This document shows positions 10,495-19,469 of a DNA stretch of 64,000 nt, piece by piece. Source of the stretch: a virus. Location: positions 84,762 to 148,761 of the IMG/VR virus record IMGVR_UViG_3300030090_005562. One strand, written 5' to 3'. The position numbers and the translations under genes are program-made. The notes below the pieces were generated by a model, which saw only the letters and a program-made list of their open reading frames with translations, made no database searches and was not told the origin of the DNA. Each line of letters opens with the position of its first letter. The stretch's first letter is position 1.

Positions 10495-10615
10495 TTATTT
10501 CTTTGGCAATCGATTTTTCTGGGTCAGGCGTATTAAGCTCATCCTCAGTTTTTTTCTTGCTTTCTTCGGCCTCTGTTGTGTATAATATCGAAGGGGTAAG
10601 TTTTTTATCGGACAT
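10466..10615 (-). CDS. Hypothetical protein (49 aa)
   Basis: Hand-translated MSDKKLTPSILYTTEAEESK...QGTD; SD GGAGA; overlaps start of the sigma-like gene. Confidence 0.55.
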   Translation of the reverse strand: MSDKKLTPSILYTTEAEESKKKTEDELNTPDPEKSIAKEIIDENTQGTD

Positions 10616-10691
10616 ATTTTGTCTCCAAGGAAAAAGTGGACATTATATTATACCCTAAAAATGCGAAAAAGTCAATAAAGTGAGGAAAATT

Positions 10692-10919
10692 ATGAATCAG
10701 GTATGGACGGAAGCCGAGCGGCAATTTATCAAAGATTCCGCTGGAACCTTGACAGATGAGGCTGGAGCTGTAGAATTAAGTAAGGTTTGTGGTAGAATCA
10801 TCACTGTTAATGCTTGGAGAAAGCAGAGACAGAAGATGGGTATTAAAAAGAACCCTGGTAGAGGGGTTTGTTCCGTAAAGAAAGAAGACCAAATATGCGA
10901 AAACTCACATTCGGATTGA
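10692..10919 (+). CDS. Small HTH DNA-binding protein
   Basis: WTEAERQFIKD...LTDE...RKQRQKMGIKK; SD GAGGA; first gene after the strand switch. Confidence 0.6.
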   Translation: MNQVWTEAERQFIKDSAGTLTDEAGAVELSKVCGRIITVNAWRKQRQKMGIKKNPGRGVCSVKKEDQICENSHSD

Positions 10920-11422
10920 TTATATTCTGTGTAGTATGCACTGCTAGTGGACAAAGCTGGCAGGACGAGGAACATGTATGGAATGAGGAGAAAGGTAAGT
11001 GGGAAGTGATAAATAAGGCTGGTGCGACAGTGACAAACGTTGAGCCTAGTTCTCATACAGCCATAAAAAACAGGCCTTTTGAGGGAGAACCTTGGGAAAA
11101 ATACCTATCTAAGAACGTCAAATATGGTAGAAGGGCTCCTAGCGAATGGGAGCTTAACGAGGCTAAAAGGAAGTATTCAGCAAATGAAGCTCTTAAGGAA
11201 AGGGGACGGAAAAAAGCAGAAGAGCGAAAGCAAATTATAGCATATAGAAGGGCTACGGGTTGGTATGACGAAAGAAGAAACGCGGGCCTTTATCAGGGAA
11301 CTGGAGCATACAGAATGTTTGTCGGATATAATCAATATCGCGCGCCTAACAGGTATCACCAATCAAGCTGTGTAGCACATAGAACCTCATTTTATGACAC
11401 ATCGGTACGTTCTTGGAAATAG
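10895..11422 (+). CDS. Hypothetical secreted protein
   Basis: Signal peptide MRKLTFGLIIFCVVCTASG. Confidence 0.6.
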   Translation: MRKLTFGLIIFCVVCTASGQSWQDEEHVWNEEKGKWEVINKAGATVTNVEPSSHTAIKNRPFEGEPWEKYLSKNVKYGRRAPSEWELNEAKRKYSANEALKERGRKKAEERKQIIAYRRATGWYDERRNAGLYQGTGAYRMFVGYNQYRAPNRYHQSSCVAHRTSFYDTSVRSWK

Positions 11423-11441
11423 TAGTGTTAAAATTGTTTTT

Positions 11442-11449
11442 GGTGTATA
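11442..11449 (+). promoter_or_regulatory. Putative late promoter GGTGTATA
   Basis: 9 nt before ATG 11459; other plus-strand copies at 44799, 52423, 55138, 56888, 59706, 60487. Confidence 0.7.
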
Positions 11450-11458
11450 AATAGTATT

Positions 11459-12733
11459 ATGCCACTACCAAAAAGAGAAAAGGGCGAAGAAGCCCAAAAA
11501 TTCATGGGTCGATGCATGACATCTGAAGTCATGGGTAAAGAATATCCCGACCAAAAACAAAGAGTTGCCATATGTATGCAACAATCTAGAGCTGCAGCCA
11601 ATAAGTCTAATCTGTCTGAAATGGTGCAAGAAGAACTTGTGTATGCAGGATATTTGCATGAAGAAGACTGTGATTGCGGAGAAGTAGAAGAGCTTACAGA
11701 AGCTAACTTTATCGTACCAGACGAAGAAGATTATGAAGACTTTGGAGAGGAGACAGAAGAAGTTGACGCTGCAAGTCTATGGGACAACATTCGTAAAAAG
11801 AAAGAGCGCGAGGGAAAGAATTATAAACCCGCGCGACCTGGAGACAAAGACCGTCCTCAAAAGGATGCTTGGGATAGAGCTAAGGGCGATTCTATGAAAG
11901 AGTATGTGTTTAAGTCCAAAGAAGCGGCTGAAAAGAAAGCCGAAGAAATCGGTCTAAAGGGCGCTCATGAACATAAGATAGGTGACGGTTCTACCGTGTG
12001 GATGCCTGGAAGTCAGATGAAAGACTTTCAAGAATGGTATGATAAAAATAAAGAATCTTCTCAGGCATTGCAGTATGGAAAGCCAAAAAAGAACGACCCA
12101 AGAAAAACACCAGCCAAGCCGTCTGAGAGAAAAAAGGGCTCAAAGAAGAATAAGCCAAAGAGCGCATCAAAGCCTAATAAATCTATCAAGTTTAGTAAAA
12201 AAACCACCGATAGATTAAGTAAGATGGTAACAGAACATAATAAAAAGGGAAAGGGCTCTCGAGCTGGTTTAGGCGCACTAAAGGCCGTCTACAGAAGGGG
12301 CGCAGGAGCATTTTCAACTAGCCATGCTCCTAAGATGAGTAGAGATGGATGGGCTATGGCTAGAGTCAGGGCCTTTCTTTATCTTTTAAGAAATGGCCGT
12401 CCCTCTAACCCCAACTACAAGCAAGACAATGATTTGTTGCCAAGCGGGCATCCAAGAAGTTCAAAGGCTGAATTTGAAGGGGCTGATGCGGCTAAGTATC
12501 AGGGAAGAACTGTAACATTGAATAAGCCCTTTCTAACTCCTGGTGGGCCTAAAAAGCGTTCTGTCTATGTAAAGAACGAAAAAGGGAATGTGGTCAAAGT
12601 CAACTTTGGCGACCCTAACATGCGTATTAAGAAGAGCAATCCTGAGAGAAGAAGAAATTTCCGCTCAAGGCATAATTGCGACAATCCTGGTCCAAAATGG
12701 AAGGCGCGATACTGGTCGTGTAAGGCTTGGTAA
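11459..12733 (+). CDS. Multi-module basic protein, probable head/internal protein
   Basis: Concatenated small phage modules; C-terminal KKRSVYVKNEKGNVVKVNFGDP...RRNFRSRHNC...ARYWSCKAW; GGTGTATA motif just upstream. Confidence 0.7.
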   Translation: MPLPKREKGEEAQKFMGRCMTSEVMGKEYPDQKQRVAICMQQSRAAANKSNLSEMVQEELVYAGYLHEEDCDCGEVEELTEANFIVPDEEDYEDFGEETEEVDAASLWDNIRKKKEREGKNYKPARPGDKDRPQKDAWDRAKGDSMKEYVFKSKEAAEKKAEEIGLKGAHEHKIGDGSTVWMPGSQMKDFQEWYDKNKESSQALQYGKPKKNDPRKTPAKPSERKKGSKKNKPKSASKPNKSIKFSKKTTDRLSKMVTEHNKKGKGSRAGLGALKAVYRRGAGAFSTSHAPKMSRDGWAMARVRAFLYLLRNGRPSNPNYKQDNDLLPSGHPRSSKAEFEGADAAKYQGRTVTLNKPFLTPGGPKKRSVYVKNEKGNVVKVNFGDPNMRIKKSNPERRRNFRSRHNCDNPGPKWKARYWSCKAW

Positions 12734-12960
12734 TGAAAAAGGCTTTCCTTGCAATTCTAATACTTCTTATTTTCAGTAATGTGGCGTTTGGCAGAAGCAC
12801 TAGGTTTACTAAAGAGCGAAAAGCTCAGGTGCAACAAAGAAGAGATAGAATAATGCAGAACGGCAACATAGATAATGTTTATCCCAGGCAATTTAATGTA
12901 GAGTGGTTTATTGCGAATAATAAAGCATACATGGGCATATTTTTTAATCGGAGTAGATAA
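12733..12960 (+). CDS. Hypothetical secreted protein
   Basis: Signal peptide MKKAFLAILILLIFSNVAFG; TAATG coupling. Confidence 0.6.
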   Translation: MKKAFLAILILLIFSNVAFGRSTRFTKERKAQVQQRRDRIMQNGNIDNVYPRQFNVEWFIANNKAYMGIFFNRSR

Positions 12961-13412
12961 TGGGCACAACAATCGTCCCTGCAACGTTAACGGTTACAGT
13001 TACCGAAGAAATTACATTAAACAATAATAACTACAACTCTACGATAGCAAAAGAAGTTGTAAGTATAGGCAATTTCTCTAGAAGAATATTTACGATAACA
13101 GCAAGCAGCACGCATACATTGGCCGAGTTTGCAAGTAGCGTGACTAATGATAAGTTTGACCTAGAGGATACTAAATACATTAGAATTACTAATTTAGACG
13201 ACGCTTCCGATTTAACCTTAACGCTTGGCGGAGCATCGGTTGCGGCGGGAATAAAAATACCGGCGGGTGGAAGTCATGTTTTGTTCGGAACAGATGTAAA
13301 TGGGGCAGCCGCTGGCTCTGCGTTAACATCAACGGCTAGCTTAGTTAATTTGTTTCTACATAATGCAACCGGAACTGCGGTAGACGCAGAGATGGTTATA
13401 GCTACACTTTAG
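12960..13412 (+). CDS. Putative virion structural protein
   Basis: Thr/Ala/Ser-rich beta-type sequence, KYIRITNLDD. Confidence 0.55.
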   Translation: MGTTIVPATLTVTVTEEITLNNNNYNSTIAKEVVSIGNFSRRIFTITASSTHTLAEFASSVTNDKFDLEDTKYIRITNLDDASDLTLTLGGASVAAGIKIPAGGSHVLFGTDVNGAAAGSALTSTASLVNLFLHNATGTAVDAEMVIATL

Positions 13413-13443
13413 GATTATTTGAGAGGGACATTGGAAAATAATA

Positions 13444-13779
13444 ATGTCTCCTGAAGAAATTTCGGCAAAGTATCATAACTTAAAATATGCCGTACTGAGT
13501 ATTTGCGACTGTATAGAGTCTTGTTCGGTAAAAAAGGTTGTAGAAGAAAAATATCTTCCTATGTTAGACGATTATAGCAATAGGTTGACTGAAATTAAAA
13601 AAGAGCTTGGCAAGCATATGTCGCAAGAAGATAAGCAAAAGGGCCGATGGGCTAAAAAGGTAAAATGCCTGTCTGTCGAAGCTATTCTAGACGAAACTTT
13701 ATCAGACGAATTAAAGGAAAGGATTACGCTAGAGCTTGAGGAACTAGCAAAGCGAATTGAAGGACATGAAGGCTCTTAA
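13444..13779 (+). CDS. Hypothetical protein
   Basis: 111-aa ORF in operon. Confidence 0.6.
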   Translation: MSPEEISAKYHNLKYAVLSICDCIESCSVKKVVEEKYLPMLDDYSNRLTEIKKELGKHMSQEDKQKGRWAKKVKCLSVEAILDETLSDELKERITLELEELAKRIEGHEGS

Positions 13780-14029
13780 AGTTTGTTGGGCGATATTAGT
13801 CGCTGTACATATGTCAATCATAATAGGGAATGCGCTAGCATTTCTCTTCTTGCCGTTTCTGGCTCCTTGGTATATAGCTCTTCCTTGTTGTACTATGATT
13901 GGTAGGGTGTTGTGTACTACAGTGAAATGCCCTTTGACTGTTTTGGAAAATAAAATTAGGAAAAAATTAGGCTGGCCTACGATACATAGGTTCGTTGGGC
14001 ACTATATAATTAGATGGATAAAAAAATAA
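13766..14029 (+). CDS. DUF2784-like membrane protein
   Basis: TM helices plus CPLTVLENKIR...FVGHYI. Confidence 0.65.
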   Translation: MKALKVCWAILVAVHMSIIIGNALAFLFLPFLAPWYIALPCCTMIGRVLCTTVKCPLTVLENKIRKKLGWPTIHRFVGHYIIRWIKK

Positions 14030-14658
14030 TTATAGCGAGATACAATGAAGATGTACATTGGGCAAAGTATATTAATTTTGCTGATGTAATTATATACAAT
14101 AAGGGAGAAGACGATATTCCTGGTGCAATAAGACTCCCTAATGTTGGGCGCGAGTCTGGCACATATCTTAGGTTTATCATAGATAACTATGACAATATAA
14201 GTTCTTCAACGCTTTATTTTTTCCTTCAAGCAAACCCTTTTGAACATGGACTTGATTTGGAAAAAATTGAGAACACATACACGCCATGTGAGTTGGGTAA
14301 AGTGAAGTGGTTGGAGTCTACAAGCGGAGTATCTAACAAATATTTCCCGGCAGGATTGCCTGTAAAAGAATTTTGTGAAATGATTTTTGTTGAAAGCCCT
14401 TTTGAATCAGACACGCATAATATATGTGGTGGGGCTTTGTTTTGTTGTTATGGATTAAATATAAAAAAGAGATGCAAGCAGTTCTATGAATTCCTTAGCA
14501 TTTATGCTCAAAGCCTAAATCCGTTAGAAGGGCATATAATGGAAAGAATATGGAAATATATAATGTTTACTGATGTAAAAGACAAAATAACTGAATACTC
14601 AAAAAAAAGAAAAGTGTTTGCCAGAAATGCAAGCTGGAATGGAATGAAAATTGATTGA
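14014..14658 (+). CDS. DUF3431-like putative glycosyltransferase
   Basis: IARYNEDVHW, IYNKG, LPNVGRESGTYLRFIIDNYD, FLQANPFEH, GHIMERIW. Confidence 0.8.
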   Translation: MDKKIIIARYNEDVHWAKYINFADVIIYNKGEDDIPGAIRLPNVGRESGTYLRFIIDNYDNISSSTLYFFLQANPFEHGLDLEKIENTYTPCELGKVKWLESTSGVSNKYFPAGLPVKEFCEMIFVESPFESDTHNICGGALFCCYGLNIKKRCKQFYEFLSIYAQSLNPLEGHIMERIWKYIMFTDVKDKITEYSKKRKVFARNASWNGMKID

Positions 14659-15727
14659 CTATTTAATAGTCGGGGCAGGAATGTTTGGCTCTGTCTTCGC
14701 TAGACAAATGACTGACGCTGGATATAAATGCAAGGTCATAGATAAAAGAAGCCATATTGGTGGAAATTGTTACACTGAAAATATAAGCGGAATAAATGTA
14801 CATAAGTATGGGGCTCATATATTCCACACAAATAATAAGAAGGTGTGGGATTATGCGAATAAATACGCTGAGTTCAATGGATACCGCCATCATCTAAAAA
14901 CAACGGCCGCAGGTCGTGTATATTCTTTTCCAATAAACATGATGACGCTTTCTCAAATGTGGGGCGTTTGCACCCCTGAACAAGCTGAGCATGAGTTGAG
15001 GGACAGGAAAATAAAAATAGAGAATCCGGATAATCTTGAAGAGTGGATTCTGTCTCAGGTTGGAGAAGAAATATACAAGAAGTTTATAAAAGGATATACA
15101 ACTAAACAGTGGGGAAAGGCTCCAGCAGAACTACCGGCGTCAATAATACAAAGACTGCCGATAAGGTTGACTTACAACGATGGTTACTTTAGCGACAAGT
15201 ACCAGGGAATACCCATAGGGGGCTACACGGCGATGTTTAAGAGGCTTTTAAAGAAAATACCCGTACAGTTAGGCGTCGATTATTTAAAAGACAAAGACGC
15301 TCTGGATAAGAAGGCAAAGAAGGTAGTTTACACTGGTGCGCTGGATGAATTTTTTGATTATGAGTATGGAGAACTTGAATGGAGAAGTCTTAGGTTCTCT
15401 GAAGAGGTGCACACAGGAGATTATCAGGGCGTCTCTGTGATGAACTATGCAGACGAGAATATTCCGTATACCAGAATAATAGAGCACAAGCATTTTGAGC
15501 AGAAAGTGTGTGACAATACTGTGATAACTATGGAGTACCCACAGGAATGGTCTAGGGGATTGCCTAAGATATATCCGGTTAATGATGATAAGAATACTTC
15601 TCTATATAACAAATATAAAAAGGCTGTGGATAAGGATAAATATATTCTGGGGGGTAGATTGGCTACCTACAGGTATTATGACATGCATCAAGTAATGGGC
15701 TCAGCTCTTAAATGGACATCACAGTAG
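14651..15727 (+). CDS. glf: UDP-galactopyranose mutase
   Basis: IVGAGMFG, HIGGNCY, HKYGAHIFHT, GYTTKQWG, YTRIIEHKHF, GRLATYRYYDMH. Confidence 0.97.
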   Translation: MIDYLIVGAGMFGSVFARQMTDAGYKCKVIDKRSHIGGNCYTENISGINVHKYGAHIFHTNNKKVWDYANKYAEFNGYRHHLKTTAAGRVYSFPINMMTLSQMWGVCTPEQAEHELRDRKIKIENPDNLEEWILSQVGEEIYKKFIKGYTTKQWGKAPAELPASIIQRLPIRLTYNDGYFSDKYQGIPIGGYTAMFKRLLKKIPVQLGVDYLKDKDALDKKAKKVVYTGALDEFFDYEYGELEWRSLRFSEEVHTGDYQGVSVMNYADENIPYTRIIEHKHFEQKVCDNTVITMEYPQEWSRGLPKIYPVNDDKNTSLYNKYKKAVDKDKYILGGRLATYRYYDMHQVMGSALKWTSQ

Positions 15728-16560
15728 TAATAACCGCATTAGACGAACCGTATGTAAATAAAACTATTGAAGGAATAATAGAAAGCGACAACGGGAGTCT
15801 AAAAGAGATAATCGTAATAGACGATGTAAGCAAAGAGCCCATCTCTCATCCAGAGGCTAGGGTTATTCGCAATGAAGGGCAGAAAGGTTTAGTGTGGGGA
15901 AGGAATCATGGCGCTAAACTGGCTGATTCTGAAATAATAATATCTATAGACCCGCATTGTAAGATTACCAGTAAGAAGAGATGGCTATCTACTATATCTA
16001 AAAGGCTGTCTGAGGATTACAACTGTGTGGCGATTCCTAGAACTTATTGTCTGGACCCGATTGCGTGGCAGGAGATAAAAATAACCCCTGGTTCTAAAAC
16101 TAAGTGGGATTGGAAATTGGATTTTAACTGGGCTAATACTCCAGGCCCGTACATGCCAGCTTTTGCCGGTCATTGTTTTGCTTTTACCAAGTCTTGGTGG
16201 GAGGAGTGTGGTGGATTTGATACGGGCATGAAGATATGGGGAGGAGAGAATATAGAGTTTTCTTTAAGGACATGGTTGTTTGGAGGAACAGTTGAGCTGG
16301 TTGATTGTTTTGTAGCTCACTGGTTTAAGGACAGATTTCAGTATCACATGCCTAACAACATTCTTCTGGAGAATAAATCAAGGATAGCAGAGAGTTGGTT
16401 TGATGAGTATACTCAAAAATTTTATGGCGCTGTTAGTATGCCCAGAGGCTCTATAAACTTTGGCGACATAAGGGATGTACTAAGGATAAAGTCGAGAAAA
16501 CAAAAAAAATCTTTTAAATGGTTTCTCGAGAAGTTTAAGCCGGAGCTACAGCTCTACTGA
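15712..16560 (+). CDS. GT-A glycosyltransferase (GT2; ppGalNAc-T-like motifs)
   Basis: IIVIDDVS, GLVWGRNHG, SIDPHC, GGFDTGMKIWGGENIEFSLRTWLFGG. Confidence 0.85.
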   Translation: MDITVVITALDEPYVNKTIEGIIESDNGSLKEIIVIDDVSKEPISHPEARVIRNEGQKGLVWGRNHGAKLADSEIIISIDPHCKITSKKRWLSTISKRLSEDYNCVAIPRTYCLDPIAWQEIKITPGSKTKWDWKLDFNWANTPGPYMPAFAGHCFAFTKSWWEECGGFDTGMKIWGGENIEFSLRTWLFGGTVELVDCFVAHWFKDRFQYHMPNNILLENKSRIAESWFDEYTQKFYGAVSMPRGSINFGDIRDVLRIKSRKQKKSFKWFLEKFKPELQLY

Positions 16561-16750
16561 TAAAAGTTGTCCTTTCGTTTTTTAGGGACGCTTGCTTTTT
16601 TTGTACCACCCGGCGTTTTACAACAATAACAATACATACGTTAATTTTTATAAAAACCCCCCTTTGTAATCACAAGCAACTAAAAGCAGCATTGTGATAA
16701 TACAGTCCCGTTTTACTCTCCGCCAGTTAAGCCCTAGACCGCAAATTCTC

Positions 16751-16829
16751 GTATCTCTTGTGACCACAACGACTTAGCACTCTGCGGCGTGCCCGCTTCG
16801 ACGTAACTCTTTACGCAATAAGCACTTAC
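16751..16829 (+). repeat. 79-bp double-dyad element 1
   Basis: GTATCTCTTG-tgaccac-AACGACTTAG / 25 bp with gcggcg-t-gcccgc / GTAACTCTTT-acgcaat-AAGCACTTAC. Confidence 0.9.
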
Positions 16830-16857
16830 AACTATTCTGCTTTTTTTTCTTTTTTTC

Positions 16858-16897
16858 TCAAGAATGCTCTTGACTTTTGCCGATAATATATTATAAT
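16858..16897 (+). promoter_or_regulatory. Nested sigma70 and sigma28-like early promoter
   Basis: TCAAG 16858, TTGACT 16870, GCCGATAA 16879, TATAAT. Confidence 0.75.
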
Positions 16898-16942
16898 GGG
16901 GGCATGACAAACAACAATAATACTACTAAGGAAAACAATAAC

Positions 16943-17176
16943 ATGTTTCAAGTAATTCAAACCATCGCTCGCTTTGGCCGTTTCAATCAAGAAGTTATCG
17001 GTAGCTTCGATACAATGAAAGAGGCGGCGGACTTCGCCAAGCGTTGCCACAATGGTAATCCTACTACGTGCATCAAGGATACTGAAAGCAATAAGGTATT
17101 CACCGCCCATAGGGATACCAATGGCACTTCGTTGGTATGGCAAACCGGTCCGATTTTCGCTGACCAAATACTTTAA
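16943..17176 (+). CDS. Hypothetical protein, HNGNPTT family copy 1
   Basis: SD AAGGA; paralog of 18185-18406. Confidence 0.75.
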   Translation: MFQVIQTIARFGRFNQEVIGSFDTMKEAADFAKRCHNGNPTTCIKDTESNKVFTAHRDTNGTSLVWQTGPIFADQIL

Positions 17177-17193
17177 AAAATTATCAGAATTAT

Positions 17194-17234
17194 TCAAGAA
17201 TGCCCTTGACAAATGACGATAATTATATTATAAT
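17194..17234 (+). promoter_or_regulatory. Nested sigma70 and sigma28-like early promoter
   Basis: TCAAG, TTGACA-17-TATAAT, GACGATAA; near-duplicate of the 16858 promoter. Confidence 0.75.
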
Positions 17235-17283
17235 GGCAAACATGACAAACAACAATCAACAACGTTTTGAGAGGTTTAATACT

Positions 17284-17370
17284 ATGAAAGAAATTATCTG
17301 CCAAATTTTGATGCCGCTGTGGGCGGTAGCCGTTGCACTCATTCCGATGGTTGCAATGTTCATCCTCTAG
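17284..17370 (+). CDS. 28-aa hydrophobic peptide
   Basis: MKEIICQILMPLWAVAVALIPMVAMFIL; SD GAGG; own promoter. Confidence 0.6.
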   Translation: MKEIICQILMPLWAVAVALIPMVAMFIL

Positions 17371-17454
17371 GGGATAGCATTAGGGCATCGACCCGCAAGC
17401 CTAGCCCAAGATGCTAGCATAGGTTGCCCCGCCTATTCAAGAAGGGGGCTTGAT

Positions 17455-17533
17455 ACAAAACCTTATGCTGTAAGCACTTAGGGTGGCTCGGCCTGCCCGC
17501 CGTGACGTAACTCTATACTACATAACGGCTTAC
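17455..17533 (+). repeat. 79-bp double-dyad element 2
   Basis: ACAAAACCTT-atgctgt-AAGCACTTAG / 25 bp / GTAACTCTAT-actacat-AACGGCTTAC. Confidence 0.9.
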
Positions 17534-17574
17534 AACTATTATGACTTTTTTTTTCTTTTTTGGTGAAATAGGGC

Positions 17575-17603
17575 TTGTATTTCCCAAACCATTCGATTAA
17601 AAT
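17575..17603 (+). promoter_or_regulatory. sigma70-type promoter
   Basis: TTGTAT-17-TAAAAT; near-identical to 18661-18689. Confidence 0.65.
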
Positions 17604-17787
17604 ATAGTATAAGAAAAAGGGAAAAACATTAAAGAAACAAGCAACAAAATGACGATAATAATAATAGAGAAAACAAACACGTGTGCCCCGCACACCTGTA
17701 GCCTTCCGGCGAGAAGGACAGAAGCGGGTTAAAGAAGATATGCAAACAACAAACAACAATACTCTAACCAAGAAAGGAGAAACAATC

Positions 17788-17952
17788 ATGGATTTTGATA
17801 ATGGTATTTTTCGTACCGTTCCCCATGACACCATCGACGGTGTTGTGTGGTTGGTCCGCGTGGCTGATGGTGAGAGAATCACCTTCTGCCGGACTCAAGC
17901 TGACGTAGATTCCTGCGTCGCTGAGTTGATGCGACAAAGGCTTAGCCTTTGA
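17788..17952 (+). CDS. Hypothetical protein (54 aa), MDxDNGIF family copy 1
   Basis: SD AAAGGAG; paralog of 19811-19978. Confidence 0.8.
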   Translation: MDFDNGIFRTVPHDTIDGVVWLVRVADGERITFCRTQADVDSCVAELMRQRLSL

Positions 17953-18010
17953 GCATCGGCGGGAAACGGGGCTTGACACATTGATTTTTGTTTGGTAGAA
18001 TGAGAGAGTT

Positions 18011-18181
18011 ATGATTGACATTGATAAAGCGATTACAGAACACACCGAAAAATTCGACGCGATGATGGAAAAGCATCGTGCATTAATGGCGAAGCAAGAT
18101 AGAGAAATTGCTGAGTTGCGGAATCAGCTTAATGGGTTGATTGGCGTATTGGCTGATTGTAAATTAGAAATGAGGGATTGA
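18011..18181 (+). CDS. Hypothetical coiled-coil protein (56 aa)
   Basis: Hand-translated MIDIDKAITEHTEKFDAMM...; follows a TTGACA-17-TAGAAT promoter. Confidence 0.6.
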   Translation: MIDIDKAITEHTEKFDAMMEKHRALMAKQDREIAELRNQLNGLIGVLADCKLEMRD

Positions 18182-18184
18182 GTT

Positions 18185-18406
18185 ATGAGTGAATTTTTAC
18201 CCTACGAAGTTCGGCAGACGGTTGTAAGAGACGGGCAATTTTGCACCGCCGTGATTGATGAGGCTTCGACTCTGAACGCCGCAAAGCTAATTGCGTATCG
18301 TTCACACAATGGGAATCCTACAACGCATATTCATTGTGCGTTATCTGGGGATACTTGGGGATATAAGAATAAAGATTGGAGATGGATAAGTGGAAAAAAA
18401 AGATAA
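18185..18406 (+). CDS. Hypothetical protein, HNGNPTT family copy 2
   Basis: Shares V.QT..R.G.F...VI and R.HNGNPTT.I with 16943-17176. Confidence 0.75.
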   Translation: MSEFLPYEVRQTVVRDGQFCTAVIDEASTLNAAKLIAYRSHNGNPTTHIHCALSGDTWGYKNKDWRWISGKKR

Positions 18407-18541
18407 ATCACACGTATTGGTGAAGAAGGATTGCGGTTGGCACTTTGGGAAAACTGGAGGGCCTTGCGAGAAGTGTAAAGATAAAGCGACTTCAATGGCT
18501 GCACAGCGTAGGCTGAAATGGCTCAAGCGGGACTTCAACCC

Positions 18542-18620
18542 GTAACCCCTTGCGGCATAAGCACTTACGGGGCGGCGGGCGGCCCGCCTAGCTCTAACTC
18601 TATATGCAGTAACGACTTAT
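18542..18620 (+). repeat. 79-bp double-dyad element 3
   Basis: GTAACCCCTT-gcggcat-AAGCACTTAC / 25 bp with GCGGGCgGCCCGC / CTAACTCTAT-atgcagt-AACGACTTAT. Confidence 0.95.
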
Positions 18621-18695
18621 GCTATTTTGTCTTTTTTTTTGTTTTTTTGCTCAACTGGGCTTGTATTTCCCAAACCATTCGCTTAAAATATAAGT

Positions 18696-19226
18696 ATGAA
18701 AAACAGTAAAAAAGATTCAAGAGTTGCTACCCTAAATGCCGATAATAATAATATGAAAGCTTTCGTTTTTGATTTTGATGACACTCTTGCGACAACCGAT
18801 TGCTTGGTTGAAGTTATCTTCAATGGTTCCGTTGTTCGTGAACTCACCCCTGCTGAATTCAATACTTTTGAACTAGCAGAAGGTGAAAGCTTTGGATTCA
18901 ATCAATTCAAGGATATTATCAATCCGGTAGCTTTACCCTTGACGCAATTGGCTCTTGATGTACAATCTGAGAATCACAACGTTTTCATTCTGTCCGCTCG
19001 TCCGGTAGAAGCAACCGAAGCAATCAACGGTTTTCTAAAATCAATCGGTATTCAAGCCAAGCGTATCATTTGCGTAGGTGGAAAGCCGGTTGACATTGCA
19101 AAAGCAAAGCGAACCGTTTTAATGTCCATCATTGAGAATCACGAAGTGGTTTGGTTTTTTGATGATGATGATAAAAATATTCAACAGGCTAATAGTATTT
19201 CTGATTTAAATGTGAGGAAAGTGTAA
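18696..19226 (+). CDS. HAD-superfamily phosphatase
   Basis: FDFDDTL (motif I), ILSAR (II), K (III), FFDDD (IV); alternative start 18753. Confidence 0.85.
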   Translation: MKNSKKDSRVATLNADNNNMKAFVFDFDDTLATTDCLVEVIFNGSVVRELTPAEFNTFELAEGESFGFNQFKDIINPVALPLTQLALDVQSENHNVFILSARPVEATEAINGFLKSIGIQAKRIICVGGKPVDIAKAKRTVLMSIIENHEVVWFFDDDDKNIQQANSISDLNVRKV

Positions 19227-19304
19227 AATGGGTTTTACTGATTTGTGTTTCGCTTGTGTTTTCGGCGTTTTGTCCGCTTGGTTGTGGGTAGCCATAGTAA
19301 CGCT

Positions 19305-19383
19305 CTAAACCCTTATGGGGTAACGAGTTACATCGCTGCGGCCTGCCGGGTACTTTGTAACTCCTTATGTAGTAACGACTTAC
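19305..19383 (+). repeat. 79-bp double-dyad element 4
   Basis: CTAAACCCTT-atggggt-AACGAGTTAC / 25 bp / GTAACTCCTT-atgtagt-AACGACTTAC. Confidence 0.92.
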
Positions 19384-19469
19384 GGCGTGCCAAAAGTGAA
19401 AATTCTGTCCGAGAATCGTGCCAAAAAGGCGAAAATCATGCCAAAAAAAATAAATGGGCAAAAACCACT

